A stretch of 14,366 bases of DNA from Candidatus Hydrogenedentota bacterium (GTDB lineage Bacteria; Hydrogenedentota; Hydrogenedentia; Hydrogenedentales; SLHB01), in NCBI GenBank assembly GCA_034408725.1, contig JAWXCN010000052.1, positions 1 to 14,366 on the forward strand. Direction: 5' to 3'. Both the position numbers and the translations under genes were made by a program. How positions within the stretch are numbered: the stretch's first letter is position 1; every line of letters begins with the position of its first letter. Under the pieces are notes generated by a model. The model had not been told where the DNA came from. It saw only the letters and a program-made list of their open reading frames with translations, and searched no databases. This document shows positions 8,770-14,366 of this stretch, piece by piece.

Positions 8770-9930
8770 ATGAATTTCGACATCCCCTCATTCCGGTTTT
8801 CTGTTCCAACCGAAATTATCTTTGGTAGCGGCGTCTTCATGGAACTCGGTGCGCATGCCGCGAAACTCGGTTCGAATCCGCTCATCGTGACAGGCAGGCG
8901 GTCGGCGCGCGAATCTGGGTTGCTCGAACGCGCGCTTGAGCAATTGCCCGGCGCGCACGTATTCGACGCCATCGACGAGAATCCGGATACCGCGCTATGC
9001 GAACGCGGCGCGCGGTTTTGCGCCGATCACGCGTGCGATGTTGTTGTCGCTATCGGCGGCGGAAGCCCTATTGACGCCGCGAAAGCCATTGCCGTGCTTG
9101 CGCGCAACAGCGGGCCGTGCGCATCGTTCTTTGGCGCAGAAAAATACGCGCATGCGCCATTGCCCATCGTCGCGGCGCCAACTACGGCCGGCACTGGAAG
9201 CGAAGTCACGCCGTATGCGGTCATTGTCGATGCCGAAGAGCGCGCCAAACGCACGGTTTCGGGAGCGGCGCTGTTTCCCCGGATTGCGCTGCTCGATCCC
9301 GGTCTCACGCGATCACTTCCGCGATCAACAACCATTTCAACAGGCTTCGACGCGCTCAGCCAGGCGTTGGAGGGAATCGTCTCGAAAAAATCGACGCCGA
9401 TGGGTGACGCGCTCGCGCTCGACGCCATCCGCCGCGTGCGCGCTTTCCTACCCGCTGCCGCGCGGGGTGATAGCGACACAGCGCGCGCACAACTGCTCTA
9501 TGCCGCGATGCTTTCAGGCTGTGTCATCGCGCAAAGCGGCACGACACTGGTCCACGGCATGGGGTATCACTACACCCTCGAATGCGGCATTGCGCACGGC
9601 CTCGCGAATGCGTTGTTGTTGACACCACTCTTCATTCATAACGCCCGGCATGCCCCCGAAAAGACTGCCGCAATCGCCGCGGCGCTCGGCGCATCCACCG
9701 CTGATCCCGGCCGCACCATAGCACGTTCGCTTCACGAACTCTTTGTGGAATTGGGGGTCTCTCCGGCTGCCCGTGACCACGGATGCCGGATCGAACAACT
9801 CGAACCGTTCGCGGCAAATGTTGCCAGCGAACCATACCGCTATCGAAACCAGATAGGCGAGATAACGGCGTCAACAATCTTGGGGTTCTACCGTCAATCC
9901 TTTCATGGCTATCTATCCGAAGTTCAGTAG
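8770..9930 (+). CDS. Iron-containing (group III) alcohol dehydrogenase
   Basis: PTEIIFGSG, ENP, GGGSPIDAAK, PTTAGTGSEVT, LLDP, DALSQALE, VHGMG and HGLANA motifs. The real start is ATG 8770 (MNFDIPSF); the longer ORF-track N-terminus is repeat read-through. Confidence 0.92.
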   Translation: MNFDIPSFRFSVPTEIIFGSGVFMELGAHAAKLGSNPLIVTGRRSARESGLLERALEQLPGAHVFDAIDENPDTALCERGARFCADHACDVVVAIGGGSPIDAAKAIAVLARNSGPCASFFGAEKYAHAPLPIVAAPTTAGTGSEVTPYAVIVDAEERAKRTVSGAALFPRIALLDPGLTRSLPRSTTISTGFDALSQALEGIVSKKSTPMGDALALDAIRRVRAFLPAAARGDSDTARAQLLYAAMLSGCVIAQSGTTLVHGMGYHYTLECGIAHGLANALLLTPLFIHNARHAPEKTAAIAAALGASTADPGRTIARSLHELFVELGVSPAARDHGCRIEQLEPFAANVASEPYRYRNQIGEITASTILGFYRQSFHGYLSEVQ

Positions 9931-9931
9931 C

Positions 9932-11011
9932 CTATTTCGCGGACGCAACCTGAAGCAGGTTCTCTGGGAAGGTTTTCAGCGAACTGTCTTCCTTCCATGA
10001 ATTGCCTTGGCCGGAACCGTCCCAAAACAGATCGCCGCCCGGTGCGCCTGATCCTGTAAAGGCTTTGTCGGCATTGCTGCCGTTGTTGGCATATACATTT
10101 CCCGTAATGACAGTGTTGTCCGAATGCGGCTCGATGTCGAGCTCGTGCGTCAAATCAAGGCCGGGGCTGCCCGTCTTCACGTTCATGACGGCAATGCCAT
10201 AGGACTGGTTGTCCGCGATCCAGTTCTTCGTGATCTCGGTGCGGTCCGCGGCCATGACAACGATCCCGGTGCCCGGAGGAATGAACGATACGGTCGAACC
10301 GGGTTTTCCGAAGTTCGGATGGTTGTTCGACCACACACGGTTATTGACGACGCGGCAGTTGTCCCCAACTTTCGATGGGTTGTTGGGCAGCACAAACACG
10401 AGTAATCCGCCGGTGTTATGGTGGGCGCTGTTGTTGGACACGACTGCGTTCACCGAGTTTTCGATTTCGATGCCAGCAACGTTGTTGAATGCTTCGTTGT
10501 TGCGCACAATGATGTTTTTGCTCTGGCCCACGTAGATGCCCGCGTCGCTGATGCGGCTGACGACGCATCCTTCGACTAACACGCCGTCGCATTCCACCGG
10601 ATACACGCCATAGAGACCGGCGTTATCAATAGTGAGGTCGCGGAACGTCACGTTTTTCGTTTTGCTCGCGACAACGCCATTGCCTTGATAATTGATGATG
10701 TTAAAATTTTCGATTGTGAAATCGCTGCCGGATACCTGTACGGCGTCGGCGAGCTTGCCTTGTCCGTCCAACACCGGGCGCTCACCGTTTTCCTCGATCC
10801 CTGCCAACGTGATTCCGCTGCGTTCTACTGTCAGGTCTTCGTTGTACACGCCGGGATACACTTCGACGCGATCGCCGGCTTGGGCGCGATCGAGCGCCGC
10901 CTGAATCGCCTGTCCCGCGCGCACGGTCAAAGTCATACCGGCAACAGCAGGGGTGTCGGCATGCGCCGCGGAGGCCATCGTCAGGATCAAGAGAATCGCA
11001 TTTCGTTTCAT
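9932..11011 (-). CDS. Exported right-handed parallel beta-helix protein (beta_helix_1 / TIGR03805-like)
   Basis: Signal peptide [69 protein letters not shown] and NTGGLLVF repeats; SD GGGAG upstream. Confidence 0.88.
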   Translation of the reverse strand: MKRNAILLILTMASAAHADTPAVAGMTLTVRAGQAIQAALDRAQAGDRVEVYPGVYNEDLTVERSGITLAGIEENGERPVLDGQGKLADAVQVSGSDFTIENFNIINYQGNGVVASKTKNVTFRDLTIDNAGLYGVYPVECDGVLVEGCVVSRISDAGIYVGQSKNIIVRNNEAFNNVAGIEIENSVNAVVSNNSAHHNTGGLLVFVLPNNPSKVGDNCRVVNNRVWSNNHPNFGKPGSTVSFIPPGTGIVVMAADRTEITKNWIADNQSYGIAVMNVKTGSPGLDLTHELDIEPHSDNTVITGNVYANNGSNADKAFTGSGAPGGDLFWDGSGQGNSWKEDSSLKTFPENLLQVASAK

Positions 11012-11077
11012 GGTGTCATGCTCCCTAAAGTGCTTAAAAGCTTGGATTGCCTGGCTAACTGCAAATTCTGGCTCAAA

Positions 11078-13453
11078 TCAGGATTTCGCCGAGGCCAATG
11101 ACTTGCCCGCGCCTGATGGCAGCTCCGGCGGCATCGCCTTCACGTCCGGTTGGTCGAATACATTGCCTTCCCCACTGCCATCCCAAAGGATATCCCCGCC
11201 GGGAACGCCGGGGATCGCCGCGGCAAATGCTGCATCAATTGATGCGCCGTTGTTCACGAGAGTGTTGCCGTACACGCGCGTGTGGTCACTGTTTGGTTCG
11301 ATGTCTATCGGGTGGCCGCTTTCTTCCTGTCGCGCGGCGGCGCCGGGCGACGACGTCAGGCTGATTACCGACAACCCATACGTGTTGTTTCCGGCAATCG
11401 TGTTCTTCGTCACGTCGGTATGATCCGCGGCCATTACGATGAGGCCCATGCCCGAGGGCAAGGAGGCGACGATCGTGCCCGGCTTTCCGAAGTTCGGGCC
11501 GTTGTTATCGAAGATGCGGTTGTTGATCACGCGGCAGTGCTCGCCTACTTTCGAGGGATTGTTGGGTAGCACGAACACGAGCATGCCCGCGGCGTTGTTG
11601 TGGGAGGTGTTGTTTTCGACGAGCGCCCCAACGCAATTTTCGATCTCGATGCCGGCGACATTTTTATACGCTTCGTTGTTGCGCACGATTATGTCGCGGC
11701 TCTGGCCGACATAGATTCCCGCGTCGTTGATGCCGGTGACCGTGCAGTATTCGACGAGCACGCCATGGCATTCGACGGGATAAATTCCGTAAACGCCAGT
11801 GTTGATGCAGGTAAGATTGCGGAATGTAACGTTCTTTACCTTGTTCACTGTGCAGCCATTGCCCACATAGTTCTGAATGACGAGGTTTTCGATCAGGAAA
11901 TTGTCGCCGGCGACGTTCACCGCGTCGGCCATCGTGCCGCCGCCATCCAATATCGGGCGTTCGCCGTTCACGTTGATTCCGATCAAGCTTATTCCTGCCT
12001 TGTCGATCATCACGTCCTGCGCATACACGCCAGGATAAACCTCGATGCGGTCGCCGGGTTGCGCGCGGTCCACGGCCACTTGAATCGATTGACCAGGCCG
12101 CACCGTAAAGGTCGCGGCATTGGGTGACAGCGCGACTGCCGGCAACGATACGGCGAATGGGGCGCCTGCCGCGGTGCTTGCCGTTGGCGAGGACGGCGGG
12201 CTTGGGGCGCGCGTTAACCGTGCATCTTCGGGCGCGGCGGCTAGCGAGGCTAACGCCACTGGAGCTGGCGCGGGTTGCGCGCGCGTTTTCACGGTGACAA
12301 TGGGCATGTTGGACGGCAAGCGCTCGGGTGGATCGGGCTGGTTCGACGTGTCGGTCAGCGCGTGAAGAAACGCCACCAGATCGGCTTTCTCTTCCGGAGT
12401 GAGCGTGAACTTGCCGATCTTGTCGTCGATGCCCTTAACGGGAGTTGGAAACTGGTGCCCGCCGCCATTGGCATAAAAATCAATGACTTCCTCGAGGGTT
12501 GCGAACACACCGTTGTGCATGTACGGCGCCGTCAACGCGACGTTGCGCAACGTAGGAACTTTGAACGCGTGCTTTGGTCCCTGTCCCGGCACCTTCGCGC
12601 GTCCGATGTCATTCTCGTGGCCTTCCAATGGCGGCACGCCCACAATCCGGAAAGTATCGTCCGCGAAATGCGGGAAACGGTGACACTCGAAACATCGCGT
12701 CTTCACCGACCGATATAATTTCAGGCCGCGCTTTTCGGGTTCCGACAACGCGGACGGATCGCCTTGTGTATACCGATCATAGGGCGAGTTGTACGAGACA
12801 ATCGTGCGCTCGAACGCGCCGATCGCTTTCAGCACGTTGTCGAAGGTGACTGCTTCAGCCCCGCTCCCGCCAAACGTTTTTTCAAATAACGCGACGTATT
12901 CCGGAAACGCGCGAAGTTCCCTGACCAACGCGTCCGGGTCCTGTCCCATTTCTGCGCGCGCCGTGATAGGCCCTTTCGCCTGTTCTTCCAAAGTCTTCGC
13001 GCGTCCGTCCCAGAATTGCACCGCGCTGTGCGCGGAGTTCCAAACCGTGGGCACGTTGCGTTCGAGCGTCGCGCCCCGTTCGCGATCCGGGCCGACGCCG
13101 AGCCCGCCCACACCCATGCCAAGCTGGCGGCCATCCGCGAAACCAAAATCAGGATGGTGACAGGTTGCGCAGGACATCGCGTTTGAACCACTCAACGTCG
13201 GATCAAAGAAAAGGAATTTTCCGAGTTCAACTTTGTCTTTCGTCATCGGGTTGTCGGACAAGCCTATCATATTGGGGAAGGGTAGTTGCAAGCCAGTAAT
13301 TTTCGGGGCGCCGTCCTTATACGGCTCGTCCGGCACATACGCGCCGTCTTTCACGACGAATCCCGGAATCGAAGCGAGTTCCGCGTCCTGGGCATGGGCG
13401 AGGGCAGCGAACATCACTGCCGCTACAAGAACACGGTACGCCATCTTCATCAT
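11078..13453 (-). CDS. Exported di-heme cytochrome c peroxidase/MauG-superfamily enzyme fused to a parallel beta-helix domain
   Basis: Signal peptide ending [16 protein letters not shown], heme motifs CATCH (13157-13171) and CFECH (12680-12694), [30 protein letters not shown]; Pro/Ala linker; C-terminal beta-helix domain (about 12112-11078) paralogous to the downstream gene. The start may be ATG 13453 or 13450. Confidence 0.92.
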   Translation of the reverse strand: MMKMAYRVLVAAVMFAALAHAQDAELASIPGFVVKDGAYVPDEPYKDGAPKITGLQLPFPNMIGLSDNPMTKDKVELGKFLFFDPTLSGSNAMSCATCHHPDFGFADGRQLGMGVGGLGVGPDRERGATLERNVPTVWNSAHSAVQFWDGRAKTLEEQAKGPITARAEMGQDPDALVRELRAFPEYVALFEKTFGGSGAEAVTFDNVLKAIGAFERTIVSYNSPYDRYTQGDPSALSEPEKRGLKLYRSVKTRCFECHRFPHFADDTFRIVGVPPLEGHENDIGRAKVPGQGPKHAFKVPTLRNVALTAPYMHNGVFATLEEVIDFYANGGGHQFPTPVKGIDDKIGKFTLTPEEKADLVAFLHALTDTSNQPDPPERLPSNMPIVTVKTRAQPAPAPVALASLAAAPEDARLTRAPSPPSSPTASTAAGAPFAVSLPAVALSPNAATFTVRPGQSIQVAVDRAQPGDRIEVYPGVYAQDVMIDKAGISLIGINVNGERPILDGGGTMADAVNVAGDNFLIENLVIQNYVGNGCTVNKVKNVTFRNLTCINTGVYGIYPVECHGVLVEYCTVTGINDAGIYVGQSRDIIVRNNEAYKNVAGIEIENCVGALVENNTSHNNAAGMLVFVLPNNPSKVGEHCRVINNRIFDNNGPNFGKPGTIVASLPSGMGLIVMAADHTDVTKNTIAGNNTYGLSVISLTSSPGAAARQEESGHPIDIEPNSDHTRVYGNTLVNNGASIDAAFAAAIPGVPGGDILWDGSGEGNVFDQPDVKAMPPELPSGAGKSLASAKS

Positions 13454-13519
13454 CGTCCCCTTTGCTTCACCAGCGCCACAGCCTTCCAGCGCATCTTCAC
13501 TCGCAAATCATAGATTCTG

Positions 13520-13711
13520 TCAACCCCTGTGCTGTTTTCTCTTGCTATATAGTATGAACATATAAGCTATGATGCCACTTAATGCGCCGGCACTGAGTGC
13601 TCTGACCCATAATGGATATCTCACCAGTAGCATATCTGATGTCATAACAATGGCAAAAAGACACATTCCCAATATGGCCGCATGGATTAATCGCATTTTA
13701 TCTTGATTCAT
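13520..13711 (-). CDS. Small hypothetical membrane protein (63 aa, two predicted TM helices)
   Basis: Two hydrophobic stretches and a basic C-terminus; SD-like GAGG upstream of the ATG; lower GC than its neighbours. Confidence 0.55.
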   Translation of the reverse strand: MNQDKMRLIHAAILGMCLFAIVMTSDMLLVRYPLWVRALSAGALSGIIAYMFILYSKRKQHRG

Positions 13712-13941
13712 TTCACTAGTACCTCAGCACGATCATGCAGATCTTTCGCCAAACCTTCTGGTCTGTCCACAGCTTCAGGCACCGCCAACACGTACTGGGA
13801 CTGGGGTACCCCGTTCGGGTAAATCCTTCCAACGCGCTCCCGTTCGCAATATCCACGAAATTCCCTCAGGGCGCGTATATTCCAGTACACCATAGAAGGA
13901 CTGGGTCTTGTCAACACCAAACGGCTCCCGGGTTTACTCAT
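13708..13941 (-). other. 77-codon ORF overlapping the transposase relic out of frame; coding status doubtful
   Basis: ATG 13941 overlaps the DUF2089 stop (ATGAGTAA) and its TGA overlaps the next ATG (ATGA), but the recognisable homology lies in the other two frames. Confidence 0.25.
13716..13867 (-). pseudogene. Frameshifted fragment of an IS5-family transposase (DUF4096-type N-terminal domain)
   Basis: Hand translation: EGISWILRTGARWKDLPER, a frame change at the G4 run (13809-13812), then YPSPSTCWRCLKLWTDQKVWRKI. This closely resembles the IS5-family motif EGILWILRTGARWxDLPERYPSPSTCWRRLxxW. Confidence 0.85.
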
Positions 13942-14293
13942 GCCATGCGTCCGCGGCAAATTCCGGCGCCAAATTCCGTTCGACCCGCTCGGACACGTCC
14001 CGCAGTACCCGGCGGTGACCCTGCATCAATGTGCGCGCCGTTCCGGGGACGACTACCCCTTGCTCGACCAGCACATCGAGAAGTTTTTCGAATGAATCAC
14101 CGGCGGATGGTGAATCGGTCACTTGCACCTTGTCTATTATGCGGTCCAGCCGGGCGCGGATGGTGGGGTACGACACACCGTAGAGGGTGGCCAATTGTTT
14201 GAGCGAACCAGAAGTAAGAAGGAACTGTTTCAGGAAGAGGGTCTCTTCCTCGTCAATGACGGACAACCAGGCGGGGAACGATTTGGTCTCCAT
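13934..14293 (-). CDS. DUF2089 family helix-turn-helix protein (putative regulator)
   Basis: WLSVIDEEETLFLKQFLLTSGSLKQLATLYGVSYPTIRARLDRII matches the DUF2089 signature FxxxSGSLKxxAxxYxVSYPTxRxRLDxxI. Confidence 0.88.
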   Translation of the reverse strand: METKSFPAWLSVIDEEETLFLKQFLLTSGSLKQLATLYGVSYPTIRARLDRIIDKVQVTDSPSAGDSFEKLLDVLVEQGVVVPGTARTLMQGHRRVLRDVSERVERNLAPEFAADAWHE

Positions 14294-14366
14294 TTGAATA
14301 TTTCATCATAAACCTTCATTTTTTTCAAGTATTTCTTGCTACAATCTGTAAATATTATTTATCTTC

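Noticed and set aside
9932-11011. Calling the beta-helix protein NosD or a pectate lyase
   Set aside because: Only the general fold is shared; there are no nos or polysaccharide-utilisation genes nearby, and the motifs fit the beta_helix_1 type better.
11078-13453. Assigning the symbol mauG, mbnH or ccpA
   Set aside because: No methylamine dehydrogenase or MbnP partner in the window, no W199 equivalent, an extra beta-helix domain, and Tyr instead of the CcpA Met ligand.
13493-13523. TTGACA on the minus strand (13523-13518) as the heme-enzyme promoter or an FNR box
   Set aside because: No acceptable -10 at 16-18 bp spacing, and the second half-site does not match ATCAA at FNR spacing.

Overview
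GC-rich bacterial chromosomal window with about 12 genes: a truncated LptF/LptG permease (-), a DUF151 bifunctional nuclease (+), a large DUF2339 membrane protein (-), an exported alpha/beta hydrolase, a CPA2 cation:proton antiporter fused to a PTS EIIA domain, a TPR protein and an iron-containing alcohol dehydrogenase (all +), followed by a minus-strand cluster. That cluster is the most interesting part. It encodes an exported di-heme c enzyme with the residue pattern of MauG/MbnH/BthA-type enzymes (Tyr rather than Met at the heme-2 axial position), fused through a Pro/Ala linker to a parallel beta-helix domain, and next to it a free-standing exported paralog of the same beta-helix. This is a candidate undescribed oxidative or protein-modifying system. 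Upstream lie a DUF2089 HTH gene, a frameshifted IS5-family transposase relic missing from the ORF track, and a small AT-rich membrane ORF. Two unrelated REP/REPIN-like palindromic repeat families occur between genes, one running into a gene's 3' end, and two genes show TACAAT-N6-ATG leaderless promoter geometry. All family assignments come from motif recognition by eye, not from database searches.
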